DNA of 64,000 nt from the NCBI GenBank assembly GCA_030427805.1, contig JAUICP010000006.1, positions 138,364-202,363 on the forward strand, in the 5' to 3' direction. The translations under genes and the position numbers were made by a program. The stretch is from Bdellovibrionia bacterium. Lineage in GTDB: Bacteria; Bdellovibrionota; Bdellovibrionia; Bdellovibrionales; JAGQZY01. Of this stretch, positions 18,432 through 27,928 are shown piece by piece (within the stretch, counting starts at the first letter, position 1; every line of letters begins with the position of its first letter). The notes beneath the pieces were generated by a model that was not told where the DNA came from, searched no databases, and saw nothing but the letters and a program-made list of their open reading frames with translations.

Positions 18432-19316
18432 ATGCTAAAAAGTGCCAATATGCGCCTGTTTATTGCTGTTTGCTTATCGATAGTATTAGCAGATGTTTTT
18501 GATCTGCTGAGTTATTTGGCAAACGCAATCCTAACAATTCACAAACAGTGTCTTGTCATCGCACCCGATATCCACCAAAAGCCTTTAATTCAGGCACTCC
18601 TATGTGGACGCAGTTTAGCAAAAGGTCCTCTTTATTCAGCATTACAAAGCACAGGATTACTCCACCTGATCGTCGTTTCCGGAGCCCATTTGGTCTTCAT
18701 TGAACAAAATTTAAACTTTCTCTGCAGAAAACTTAAATTATTAGAATATTTTCGACTTCCCCTCTTAATCGCCTTTAGTTTCGCCACAAACTTTCAGGCA
18801 CCAATCGCAAGGGCTCTTTGTTTTAGACTCTTTAGAAAGCTCAGTCGGTCCTTAGGATTGAATCACCCACCCCTTCTCAGTTCACTATTGAGCGGCCTGA
18901 TCCTTCTTACCTTTATCCCCCAGTGGAGTCAGTCCTACTCCTTTCATCTCAGTTGGGTGGCCCAACTCGCACTTCTTTTGGGTAGCGAGAATAAAAGTAG
19001 ATTTCAGCAGTTTGCAATTTACTTCCTTTTGCTTCCCTTACTCATACCACTCGGGCCTCCCCACCCCATTAGCATTCTCCTCAACTTACTAGTGACCCCC
19101 TTGATTGGTTTTTTACTAATACCCGCAGCCCTTTTTGCCTGCCTTCTCTTTCCGCTTTGGCCCGGTTTCGTAGAGTTTATCTGGAGAAACCTAGAACACT
19201 TCTTTCTTTGGTTGGGCCAAGTCAGTCCCGATTCACTTTACTCAAGCCCCTTGCCGGGAGTTTTTATATATTCTTTCGCCCTGCAATTTTTCTTTTGTAG
19301 AAAATTTCTTCGGTAG
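18432..19316 (+). CDS. comEC: ComEC/Rec2 competence-channel domain protein (membrane part only)
   Basis: Polytopic membrane protein with the competence-domain hallmark TGLLHLIVVSGAHLVFI. The start is taken at the ATG at 18432 (GGAAGG upstream). The ORF track opens at 18342. Confidence 0.75.
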   Translation: MLKSANMRLFIAVCLSIVLADVFDLLSYLANAILTIHKQCLVIAPDIHQKPLIQALLCGRSLAKGPLYSALQSTGLLHLIVVSGAHLVFIEQNLNFLCRKLKLLEYFRLPLLIAFSFATNFQAPIARALCFRLFRKLSRSLGLNHPPLLSSLLSGLILLTFIPQWSQSYSFHLSWVAQLALLLGSENKSRFQQFAIYFLLLPLLIPLGPPHPISILLNLLVTPLIGFLLIPAALFACLLFPLWPGFVEFIWRNLEHFFLWLGQVSPDSLYSSPLPGVFIYSFALQFFFCRKFLR

Positions 19317-19323
19317 GTCTATC

Positions 19324-20013
19324 TTGAAGCAATTTGCCTTTATTTTACTCACCTTAAGTTCCATGCATTGCGATCACGATCCTTTTTTAGGTTTTATCAT
19401 CTGGAATGTTGGACAAGGGCAGATGGTGACCTCAGTGACTCCAGAATCTTGCATTAATTTTGACTTTGGCGGGGAAAAGTTTCCACGAAAGGGCTACCAA
19501 AAACTTTGCCAAAACAAAAAGCAGGTCACCTACATTTCTCACTACGATCGAGATCATTTCAACTTTCTTTATAAAGTAAAGTCACTCAATCATTGTCTGG
19601 CCCTTAAGAATCGACCAAAAACACTAAGGCTTGGAATTCCTCTTTGCAAAGAATCAATTCTTAAAAAGGTTTCGTCTTTTAAAAACCAAGGAGCTTCAAA
19701 AAATAATTCAGGGTTTCTTCTCTATTACAAGGGTTTTTACTTTCCTGGTGATGCCGACACCAGGTTCGAAGGCTGGTCCTTCAAGGCGAAGCAAGCTCAC
19801 GAAGTGAAGTTTCTAATGCTTGCCCATCATGGTAGTAATACATCCAATGGCGAGAAACTTTTTTCATCTTTCAAGAACTTAAAGATGGTATTTGCTAGCG
19901 CTCGCAAGAACAAATACGGCCATCCCCATTGGCAAGTCCTTCACCGAATCAAACAAAAGAAGATTCCACTCATCAGAACCGAAACCTGGGGCCACATCGC
20001 CCTCCCCCACTAA
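19324..20013 (+). CDS. ComEC-type metallo-beta-lactamase domain protein (separate frame from the channel domain)
   Basis: IWNVGQGQM, ISHYDRDH (HxHxDH with the second His changed to Asp), FPGDAD and LAHHGS match the C-terminal MBL domain of ComEC. It starts 8 nt after the stop of the previous ORF, in the +1 frame. Confidence 0.75.
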   Translation: MKQFAFILLTLSSMHCDHDPFLGFIIWNVGQGQMVTSVTPESCINFDFGGEKFPRKGYQKLCQNKKQVTYISHYDRDHFNFLYKVKSLNHCLALKNRPKTLRLGIPLCKESILKKVSSFKNQGASKNNSGFLLYYKGFYFPGDADTRFEGWSFKAKQAHEVKFLMLAHHGSNTSNGEKLFSSFKNLKMVFASARKNKYGHPHWQVLHRIKQKKIPLIRTETWGHIALPH

Positions 20014-20178
20014 TTTTTTACCTCTCCCTGTACAAAAATCCTCTTCTATTTTTTATTTTCTCCCCGAGCCTGACTCTCCCATTTTTTTGAGTTCCGCAGC
20101 CCAAACAGGGCCCGGAGCTCCCTTGGGTAAGATATAGGTGTCTTCCCATTATTAAACTCTCGAACTCTCCCTAAATTT
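20014..20178 (+). repeat. left arm of a ~420-bp foldback (inverted repeat)
   Basis: It aligns end to end with the reverse complement of 20267..20432. Shared blocks are CCTCTCCCTGTACAAAAAT, TTTCTCCCCGAGCCTGACTC, CCAAACAGGGCCCGGAG and ATTATTAAACTCTCGAACTCTCCCTAAATTT. Confidence 0.9.
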
Positions 20179-20266
20179 ACTCAAACAGTCCTCGGCGCTG
20201 ATCATTCCCCAAAACAAAAAAGGCGAGTCAGCAAATTATGAATAAAGACTTGGCCTGCGGAACTCG

Positions 20267-20432
20267 AAATTTAGGGAGAGTTCGAGAGTTTAATAATAGA
20301 AAGACAAATACCCAAGGAAACTCCGGGCCCTGTTTGGGTGAAGACTGTCTGAAAAAAATGGGAAATGAGTCAGGCTCGGGGAGAAAACTACTAAAAATAG
20401 AGAAATATTTTTGTACAGGGAGAGGCAAAAAA
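20267..20432 (-). repeat. right arm of the foldback
   Basis: It is the reverse complement of the left arm, at roughly 75-80% identity by hand alignment. Read on the + strand, it runs directly into the terminator at 20427..20458. Confidence 0.9.
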
Positions 20433-20458
20433 AAGAGACCGGGTGAGGTCTCTTTTTT
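20427..20458. terminator. bidirectional intrinsic terminator (ald on the minus strand; any + transcript of the foldback)
   Basis: AAAAAAA-AGAGACC-gggtga-GGTCTCT-TTTTT, 26 nt after the ald stop. Confidence 0.7.
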
Positions 20459-20483
20459 GGGTATTCACATTTGGAACGTGAAA

Positions 20484-21593
20484 TTACATGGGCTTGTAAG
20501 GAACGTAAGGCATATCCAAGTCCTTAGCGACTGGTTCGTAAGTTACGTTACCGTTGTAGACGTTAATACCATCTACAAGCTCAGGAGCTTTCGTTGCCGC
20601 TTCTTCAACACCAAACTTGGCAAGAAGTGAGGCATACTTGAAAGTTGCATTTGTAAGAGCATATGTACTCGTACGGGCAACAACACCTGGCATATTCGGT
20701 ACACAGTAGTGAACCACTCCGTCCACTTCATAAGTAGGCTGAGCGTGAGAGGTCGGTTTACACGTCTCGATACATCCACCTTGGTCAACGGCAACATCGA
20801 CAACGACAGAACCAGGGGCCATGCTCGAAATCATTTCTTTAGTAACAAGGTGTGGAGCCTTGCGACCGTGAATAAGAACAGCACCAATGACAAGGTCAGA
20901 CTCTTGAACAGAGCGTTCGATATTGTGTTGGTTTGAATAAATCGTAGTAATTTGGTTACCGTAAACATTGTCGAGGTATTCAAGACGATCGTGATTCACG
21001 TCAATCACGCGAACTTCAGCACCAAGGCCCACTGCCATAGTCAAAGCATTCGTACCAACAACTCCACCACCGATAATGGTAACGATTCCGCGACGAACAC
21101 CGGTCACTCCACCAAGGAGTACGCCTTTTCCGCCCTGATCTTTTTGTAGGTAGAAAGCACCCACTTGGGTTGCCATGCGACCAGCCACTTCACTCATCGG
21201 TTTCAATAGAGGAAGTGAGTTATTTGGACCTTCGATTGTTTCATAGGCAACGGCTTTTACCTTTTTCTCACAAAGAACTTTTGTGAGTTTTGGCTCGGCA
21301 GCCAAGTGAAGATAGGTATAGAGAATTTGATTTTCTTTCATGCGATCAAATTCGTCTGGGAGAGGCTCTTTCACCTTAACAATCATATCGGCCTGGGCCC
21401 AAAGCTCATCGGCCGTATTGATAATTTTGGCTCCGACTTTTTCGTATTGTTCATTGGTAATCATTGAACCAAGGCCGGCGTCTTTTTCGACGAGAAGAGT
21501 GTGACCTTCTGTCACGAGTTGACGAACACCTGCTTCGGTCAAACCAACGCGGTTTTCACTAATCTTAATTTCTTTTGGCACACCAATAATCAT
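20484..21593 (-). CDS. ald: alanine dehydrogenase
   Basis: [23 protein letters not shown]... plus the NAD-binding GGGVVGTNA. About 370 aa, as is typical. I place the start at the ATG at 21593 (GGAGGG upstream), not the GTG at 21605. Confidence 0.93.
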   Translation of the reverse strand: MIIGVPKEIKISENRVGLTEAGVRQLVTEGHTLLVEKDAGLGSMITNEQYEKVGAKIINTADELWAQADMIVKVKEPLPDEFDRMKENQILYTYLHLAAEPKLTKVLCEKKVKAVAYETIEGPNNSLPLLKPMSEVAGRMATQVGAFYLQKDQGGKGVLLGGVTGVRRGIVTIIGGGVVGTNALTMAVGLGAEVRVIDVNHDRLEYLDNVYGNQITTIYSNQHNIERSVQESDLVIGAVLIHGRKAPHLVTKEMISSMAPGSVVVDVAVDQGGCIETCKPTSHAQPTYEVDGVVHYCVPNMPGVVARTSTYALTNATFKYASLLAKFGVEEAATKAPELVDGINVYNGNVTYEPVAKDLDMPYVPYKPM

Positions 21594-21716
21594 GGCACCC
21601 TCCACACATAGGAATGTTTAAAGACTCTTGTGTATAACGAAAAGCCTGGCGAAGGGCAATAAGGGCCTAAAAATAATGATAATTTGTGCATTCGCACGAA
21701 GTATTTTTTGAAAGCT

Positions 21717-22637
21717 TTACGCGAATTCTCTGAGGGCCCAGATTGAACCTGGGTCTAAATCATCGGTCTCTGGGAGCTCCGAGCCCAATTCAATCAAGCG
21801 AAATCGGTCTTGAGAAGCCAAAATCGTTTTCACCAAACGATTCATCACATCGTGACCCGCCTTATAGAGCACCAAGTGCCCCATCAAAGGCATTCCCAGA
21901 GTCACTAAGTCGCCAAGGGCATCAAGCGCCTTGTGACGAACAAACTCATCGGCATAGCGAAGTCCCTCGGGATTGAGCACCTCTTTTTGATCGAGGCCAA
22001 TGGCATTGTCTAAGCTCGCCCCTAGGGCCAAACCCTGGGCACGCATTTTCTCCACATCTTGTAAGAAGCCAAACGTACGAGCATTTGAAAGCTCTTTTGA
22101 AAATGTATACTCGTTAATATCAATATCAATTTGTTGTTTTTGAATTTTCGGATGGGGAAATTCAATGGTACAACTCACCCGCAAGCCATTATAGGGGACG
22201 ACATAGGCGTGTTTTTCGCCGTCGCCAAAGTAAATCGGCTGCGTAATATAGGCGTACTTTCGCGGACAATCTTGCTCCACAAAGCCAGCTTCTTGAATGG
22301 CCTCCATAAATACTTGAGCACTACCATCACCGATCGGGATCTCCGGGCCATCGAGTTCAATGAACAAATTATCAATGCGAAAGGCGGCCATGGTAGAAAG
22401 ACAATGTTCAACCGTCGAAACCGCAAACTCTGGTCCCCCAAGAGTTGTCGCAAGAGAAGTCGCTGTTACGAAATCTGCTCTAGCTGCTAGTGCCGGTCTT
22501 CCAGGAAGATCGTTTCTGACAAAGAAAATACCAGTGTTCGATGGAGCTGGACGAAATATGAGTTTCGCCGGCCTTCCTGTATGGAGCCCAATACCTTCAA
22601 CTTCGACTGGCCTTTGAATCGTTCTTTGTAAAAACAT
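21717..22637 (-). CDS. lpxC: UDP-3-O-acyl-N-acetylglucosamine deacetylase
   Basis: MFLQRTIQRPVEVEGIGLHTGRPAKLIFRPA, TTLG...VSTVEHCLSTMAAFRIDN, HKALDALGDL and GHDVMN are canonical LpxC motifs. Confidence 0.95.
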   Translation of the reverse strand: MFLQRTIQRPVEVEGIGLHTGRPAKLIFRPAPSNTGIFFVRNDLPGRPALAARADFVTATSLATTLGGPEFAVSTVEHCLSTMAAFRIDNLFIELDGPEIPIGDGSAQVFMEAIQEAGFVEQDCPRKYAYITQPIYFGDGEKHAYVVPYNGLRVSCTIEFPHPKIQKQQIDIDINEYTFSKELSNARTFGFLQDVEKMRAQGLALGASLDNAIGLDQKEVLNPEGLRYADEFVRHKALDALGDLVTLGMPLMGHLVLYKAGHDVMNRLVKTILASQDRFRLIELGSELPETDDLDPGSIWALREFA

Positions 22638-22884
22638 AGCAACCTCTCCTCGGTACTAACATCCGCTTGAGCTTTACTGCCTAATAGAGCAAGTTAGATA
22701 CCAATGAGGACTCTCTAAAAATTGTTAAGCTAGAATCCGTCTATTAATAGCTGAGTTCAGTAAAAGCTCAAGCAAATCTAATGCTTCGCGCATTCTGTTA
22801 CTTTTTTTCAACAGTCTGTATGGTTTTTCGGAGACACAGAACTGGTCTAGAGGTCTTGCTTAGAAAGTCCGATCCAAACTTGAA

Positions 22885-23163
22885 ATGTATTGTTTTACCC
22901 TTTTGAGACCCCTTATTTTGGCGACTGTTTTCAGTACTTTAGGCTGTGCCACAGCCAGTACTAACAGCTATGTGGGATCGAGCCCTCCGGCAAATAATTC
23001 CAATGCCAGGGCTGCCGCCTACACGGTCGATGGGTTTCAAATTGATAAGAAATGGAGTTCGGGAAAACCGACAGATTTTCAATTTTTCTACAAAGAATGC
23101 GAGCTCTCACGAAGAGCCCACTTTACGAAGGCCGATTACGACTGCTTTAAACTTGGTTTTTAA
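22885..23163 (+). CDS. small secreted protein / probable lipoprotein, unknown function
   Basis: 92 aa with the N-terminus MYCFTLLRPLILATVFSTLGCATAS (signal peptide with Cys). No recognisable domain. Confidence 0.55.
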   Translation: MYCFTLLRPLILATVFSTLGCATASTNSYVGSSPPANNSNARAAAYTVDGFQIDKKWSSGKPTDFQFFYKECELSRRAHFTKADYDCFKLGF

Positions 23164-23189
23164 TACCTACTGAGACAAAGCCCTTGAGA

Positions 23190-24221
23190 CTAAGCGCCAC
23201 CCAAGTCCATTTGACCACTCGAACTCGGAGCGACTTTTGGAATCCCCATGTGCTCATGGGCTGTGTCGGTCAAAATTCGTCCGCGAGGAGTCTTCTGCAA
23301 TAATCCCTCTTGAATTAAAAAGGGCTCATAAACCTCTTCGAGAGTCCCTTTATCTTCGGATAATGCCGCCGACAAAGTTTCAATCCCCACCGGTCCACCA
23401 CTGAACTTCTCTCCAATGACCCGCAGAATATTGCGATCCATATCATCGAGGCCCAAGTGATCGACTTCGAGCTGGTCGAGGGCGTAGTTGGCTAGTTTAG
23501 CATCGATTTCACCATTCGATTTTACTTCGGCGTAATCCCGCACCCGCTTCAAAAGGCGATTGGCGATTCGAGGAGTTCCACGACTACGCCTTGCAATCTC
23601 TCGAGCCCCCTCTGCATCAATTTTCACCTGCAAAATACTCGCGGAGCGATTCACGATTTGCACGAGTGAATCTTTGTCATAAAAAGAGAGTCTTTCAACA
23701 ATTCCAAAACGATCTCGAAAGGGACCATTAAGAAGGCCTGCCCGTGTCGTAGCTCCGATCAAAGTAAATGGAGCAATTTTAAATTGAATCGAGCGAGCAC
23801 CTAAGCCCTCACCCGTAACGATATCGACATAGAAATCTTCCATGGCCGAATACAAATACTCTTCGACCGTACGATTGAGTCGATGGATTTCATCAATAAA
23901 CAAAATTGAATTTTCAGTAAGGCTTGTAAGGATCGCCGCCAAATCCCCTTTTTTGTCGAGAGCTGGTCCCGAAGTTGTTTTGATGGGCACGTCCATAGAG
24001 TGGGCAATGATATGGGCCAATGTCGTTTTACCCAAGCCGGGAGGACCACAAAGCAAAGTGTGATCAATGGGCTCGCCCCGTTTGCGGGCCGCCTGTACAA
24101 AAACATTGAGCTTTTCTTTTAAGCTCGCCTGCCCAGGAAAATCTTCAAAAGATGGAGGGCGAAGTTGGTTTTCCCAATTCGATTCGACTGATGTTGTTTC
24201 TGAAGCTACGATTCGTGCCAT
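23190..24221 (-). CDS. ruvB: Holliday junction helicase RuvB
   Basis: Walker A GPPGLGKTTLA, Walker B ILFIDEIHRL, plus TTRAG and GTPRIANRLL. Confidence 0.97.
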   Translation of the reverse strand: MARIVASETTSVESNWENQLRPPSFEDFPGQASLKEKLNVFVQAARKRGEPIDHTLLCGPPGLGKTTLAHIIAHSMDVPIKTTSGPALDKKGDLAAILTSLTENSILFIDEIHRLNRTVEEYLYSAMEDFYVDIVTGEGLGARSIQFKIAPFTLIGATTRAGLLNGPFRDRFGIVERLSFYDKDSLVQIVNRSASILQVKIDAEGAREIARRSRGTPRIANRLLKRVRDYAEVKSNGEIDAKLANYALDQLEVDHLGLDDMDRNILRVIGEKFSGGPVGIETLSAALSEDKGTLEEVYEPFLIQEGLLQKTPRGRILTDTAHEHMGIPKVAPSSSGQMDLGGA

Positions 24222-24229
24222 TCTTCCAC

Positions 24230-24805
24230 CTAATTTTGATTAGAAAGGATTTGTAACCCTTTGCGAATTCCATCTTGGACATCAATTTTCTCGTCCATTT
24301 CAGCAACGAGCTTTTCGACATCCAAAGCCTTAAAGCCGAGATTCACCAATGCCGATTGAATCTGATCTTTAACAGGCGATTTAATGACTGCCGACATCGG
24401 TTCGTCCATGACGAGCTTTCCTTTTAAAGAAAGAATCATCTGTTCTGCCGTTTTTTTGCCGACTTTAGGGAGAGTCGTTAAACCCTTCACGTCACCCTCA
24501 CTAATAAAACCAATGATACGATCGAGTGGAGCTCCCGATAACACTTGAATCGCCATCTTTGGACCAATGCCATTGACTTTCAAAAGTGAGAGAAACAATT
24601 GTTTTTCGGTTTTACTGAGAAAGCCATAAAGACTGAATTGATCCTCTCGAACATGGGTGTAGACATAAAATTCAATGGCCTCACCCAAAACCATTTCAAC
24701 CAAAGAGTTTTGCGAAAGAGTCAGTTCATAACCCACTCCACCGACATCGAGAATGACTGAGTCTTCGAAAATTTCGTGGACAGTGCCCCGTAAAAAACCA
24801 ATCAC
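24230..24805 (-). CDS. ruvA: Holliday junction DNA-binding protein RuvA
   Basis: MIGFLRGTV...VGGVGYEL...LLKVNGIGPKMA...L..LPKVGKKTAEQ (HhH motifs). It lies between ruvC and ruvB. Confidence 0.95.
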   Translation of the reverse strand: MIGFLRGTVHEIFEDSVILDVGGVGYELTLSQNSLVEMVLGEAIEFYVYTHVREDQFSLYGFLSKTEKQLFLSLLKVNGIGPKMAIQVLSGAPLDRIIGFISEGDVKGLTTLPKVGKKTAEQMILSLKGKLVMDEPMSAVIKSPVKDQIQSALVNLGFKALDVEKLVAEMDEKIDVQDGIRKGLQILSNQN

Positions 24806-24846
24806 AAATATCTCCTCAAATTTAAAATACTAAGTGTGCGCCTTTT

Positions 24847-25332
24847 TTAAAGCCTCGGCTGCAAATTGGCCGTCCGTCTTTGACCGTGATGAACAGCCAA
24901 TGCCAGTGCATCGCTCGCGTCTTCGGGAATTTTACCGGTGATACTGAGTTGTTTTTGCACAAACTCAGAGACCCTTCCTTTATCGGCTTGGCCATATCCC
25001 GTAATCCCCTTTTTTACTTCACGAGCGGCATACTCAAAAAGCTCGCAAGACGCCTGCAAAGCCTCTGAGATAATAACTCCACGAATATGACCGAGCTTGA
25101 AGGCACTGTCGATATTTTTACCGAGAAAGATTCTCTCAACGCAGACTGTAGAAGGCTGGAGCTCTTTGATAAGTGACCGAAAATCAAGATGAATCTCGGA
25201 GACTCTTTGCTCAAAACGAGGCCCTTTAGCACGTAAAACACCGCATTCAATTAATTCTAGGTGGGAAGACTTAACTTCGATCAAGCCATAGCCGGTAATT
25301 CGACTCCCTGGGTCTACTCCGAGGATTTTCAT
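24847..25332 (-). CDS. ruvC: crossover junction endodeoxyribonuclease RuvC
   Basis: MKILGVDPGSRITGYG...VERIF...DASDALALAV (catalytic acidic residues). Confidence 0.95.
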   Translation of the reverse strand: MKILGVDPGSRITGYGLIEVKSSHLELIECGVLRAKGPRFEQRVSEIHLDFRSLIKELQPSTVCVERIFLGKNIDSAFKLGHIRGVIISEALQASCELFEYAAREVKKGITGYGQADKGRVSEFVQKQLSITGKIPEDASDALALAVHHGQRRTANLQPRL

Positions 25333-25408
25333 CTAACTCTGATCAAACACAAATGTTTTTTGCTTTTCAAGAATTGTATTTGTCGCAGCTCGGTGCAAGA
25401 CTCTAGTT

Positions 25409-26176
25409 ATGCCTGAGATTAATCCAGAGTTCATAGAGCGCTACCAACTCATTCTCGAAAAAGACCCCAGTTCTAGGGTTTTTGCCCCTCTGGCCGAGGC
25501 CTATCGAAAGCTTGGCCTCCAAGATCAGGCTTTGGAATTGTGTCGCAAAGGAGTTGAGTTCAATCCGCACTTTGCTTCGGGGCGGGTCGCCCTGGCAAAG
25601 GTCCTCATCGACAAAGAATCCTTTTCTGAGGCCATGGAACACCTTTATAAGGCGATCGAACTTTCTCCCGACAATATCTTAGCCCACAGGCTCCTCGCTA
25701 ATGCTCTGATTAAACTTAAAAAACCAATGGAAGCCCTCAAATCCTATAAAATGATTTTATTTATAAATCCCAGTGATCAAGAGGCGCAAAAGGCTGTGCA
25801 AAAGTGGGAGTTCCTCCAGGCTATTGAGTTTGAAGATGAACTCTTTGAGTTTGTCGACAAAGAAGGCTTTAGTATTTTTGAGTCCGATCAGGGGGAGGAG
25901 AGCACCGTCGCCAAAATATTATCCTTGGCCGATGCTTTAACCATTCGTGAGGAATTTAACAGAGCCCAAAAGTTTCTTGTTCGGGCCTACAAACAATTCC
26001 CTACTGAACAAATAGAGAAACGCCTCAAACTTTTGCAAACAAAGGCCAAAAGCGCCACTCAAGCACAAAGCACTACCACCCAGCCTTCTTCACCCAATAC
26101 TGAAAAGAAGAAAAGACTGCTGAGCAAGATGTTGCATAGAATAAAACGTAACCAGTCGACCCAGAACCTTGACTAG
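25409..26176 (+). CDS. TPR-repeat protein, unknown function
   Basis: Repeated TPR-like helices (LAEAYRKLGLQDQALELCRKGVEFNPHF; AMEHLYKAIELSPDN; ALKSYKMILFINPSD). Confidence 0.7.
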   Translation: MPEINPEFIERYQLILEKDPSSRVFAPLAEAYRKLGLQDQALELCRKGVEFNPHFASGRVALAKVLIDKESFSEAMEHLYKAIELSPDNILAHRLLANALIKLKKPMEALKSYKMILFINPSDQEAQKAVQKWEFLQAIEFEDELFEFVDKEGFSIFESDQGEESTVAKILSLADALTIREEFNRAQKFLVRAYKQFPTEQIEKRLKLLQTKAKSATQAQSTTTQPSSPNTEKKKRLLSKMLHRIKRNQSTQNLD

Positions 26177-26220
26177 GCCCGCCAACTTGGGCACGAATTA
26201 GGGATCAAACAGAGGTAAAT

Positions 26221-26784
26221 ATGTACGAAACCAGTGATTTTAAAAAAGGTCTCAAGATCTTACTCGAAGACCAACCCTATACAATTGTCGATTTTCAACA
26301 TGTAAAACCGGGTAAGGGTAACCAGTTCACCCGAACAAAGCTTAAAAATATGCTCACTGGGAGTAATTTAGAGCGAACCTTTAAATCGGGCGAAAAATTC
26401 GAAGTCCCAGACGTTGCTACTAGGGATGCCAGCTTTCTCTACCAGGACGACAATGGTTTCAACTTCATGGATAAAGAAGATTACAACCAATACACTATGG
26501 CCGCCGAAGATATCGGAGATGCCAATTTATACCTTCTCGAAAATATGGAAGTGACGATTCTCTTCTTCAACGACCGAGCCATTGGTGTTGATCTACCCAA
26601 TTCCGTGGTGCTGGCAGTCCAGCAAACCGATCCTGGCGTAAAGGGAAACACGGTCACAGGGGGCTCAAAACCCGCTACCATGGAGACTGGTCTAGTGGTC
26701 CAGGTCCCACTTCATATCAATGAGGGAGACCGACTAAAGATTGATACTCGAACCGGTGAGTATTCAGAGCGCGTAAATAAGTAA
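26221..26784 (+). CDS. efp: translation elongation factor P
   Basis: MYETSDFKKGLKILLEDQPYTIVDFQHVKPGKGNQFTRTKLKN (Lys-type KPGKG loop). 187 aa. Confidence 0.96.
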   Translation: MYETSDFKKGLKILLEDQPYTIVDFQHVKPGKGNQFTRTKLKNMLTGSNLERTFKSGEKFEVPDVATRDASFLYQDDNGFNFMDKEDYNQYTMAAEDIGDANLYLLENMEVTILFFNDRAIGVDLPNSVVLAVQQTDPGVKGNTVTGGSKPATMETGLVVQVPLHINEGDRLKIDTRTGEYSERVNK

Positions 26785-26878
26785 AAACCATGTAATTGCC
26801 AAGCGTTAGGCCTCCCATTTTAGTGGACAATGTCGCACAATGTAATGTGAAGAAAAGTGCGTCATTGAAGGGGCTAAG

Positions 26879-27928
26879 TTGCAACTCGAATTAAAGATCC
26901 GAGATCTTCTAAATAAAATCGCCGATCCAGGTATCGTCGCTATCGAACTTCTCAAGTGGTGGGAAGGTAACGATCTTAGCGAAGAAGAAAAGCGTGGAGT
27001 TGCATGTTATGCGATCAATGCGGGAAGCATAGGCCCCCTTCTTGAACTGTATTCTAAAAAACTTATGGCCAAAGAAACCATTCCCTGGGGACCGTTTGTA
27101 GAGGCACTTGGCAGAGCCAGCTATCGACCGCAAAAGCCAGAAATTCTCGCTCTCATCACTGGCTCTCAAGCACAAGAACTTCTCCCCGATTTAACAACGA
27201 GTTTTGCACTCGATACTTTTTCTTCTTTGTTTATCGAAAACAGGCGCACCAAGTTTCGCAGGGAGCGTCAGCGAATCCTCGATCTCAGGCAACAACTTCT
27301 AGAAAAACTTGAATTCGTTCGATCGCAAAGAATTCCAACCGAAGAGAAAAAAGTTCTTCATCAACTAGGGACTCTATTTCCTGGCGACCAAAAGGTACAG
27401 TCCGAGGCACAGGTTCACGCCGAACAATGGGCCCGGGAAATTATCAACCAAAGAGAAGCCTTTACCGATCTCGATACGGCCCTTGAAGATGCTCTCCCGC
27501 CCATGAGTACAGAAGTAGTCTCGGCTAAAGATCACCTATTTAATCAAGTCATGAAGTATATTAAAAAGCATCCCGATCAAGCTTTTGATTACGCTCTGAT
27601 GTTTGAGTCCCTTGAGTTCTACAAAGAAGCCTATGAGGTACTCTGTCACGCGCCGAGTACAAAACAGGCCGATTGGTTGAAATTAGAAATCTTAATCAAA
27701 GGGCGACAATTTGTTTCGGCTCTCGAAGAAACCAATGGTCTCGAGCTCAAATACGCAGGAGACCCAAACAGCACTTTTGCCGTCATCTATGCAAGAGCCC
27801 AAGCGCTTTGGGGCTTAGGACAAAAAGATACGGCGATTGATCTCATGAAGAGTATTGTTAACCTCCGCCCCAGCTACCGTTCAGCACGTGCGATTTTGAG
27901 TAGTTGGAGTGAGGGTAGCTATGACTAA
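26879..27928 (+). CDS. helical/TPR-like protein, unknown function
   Basis: TTG start. An all-helical 349-aa protein with a C-terminal TPR-like segment (ALWGLGQKDTAIDLMKSIVNLRPSY). Its stop overlaps the TamB-like start. Confidence 0.6.
   Translation: MQLELKIRDLLNKIADPGIVAIELLKWWEGNDLSEEEKRGVACYAINAGSIGPLLELYSKKLMAKETIPWGPFVEALGRASYRPQKPEILALITGSQAQELLPDLTTSFALDTFSSLFIENRRTKFRRERQRILDLRQQLLEKLEFVRSQRIPTEEKKVLHQLGTLFPGDQKVQSEAQVHAEQWAREIINQREAFTDLDTALEDALPPMSTEVVSAKDHLFNQVMKYIKKHPDQAFDYALMFESLEFYKEAYEVLCHAPSTKQADWLKLEILIKGRQFVSALEETNGLELKYAGDPNSTFAVIYARAQALWGLGQKDTAIDLMKSIVNLRPSYRSARAILSSWSEGSYD

Noticed and set aside
19892-20630. ORFs 19892..20137 (+), 20228..20428 (-) and 20238..20630 (+) encode mutually similar peptides (…LPLPVQK…FLPEPDS…).
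   Set aside because: The similarity is a by-product of the inverted DNA repeat. The arms differ by non-triplet indels, there are no SDs, and one ORF overlaps ald antisense. I treat them as non-coding.
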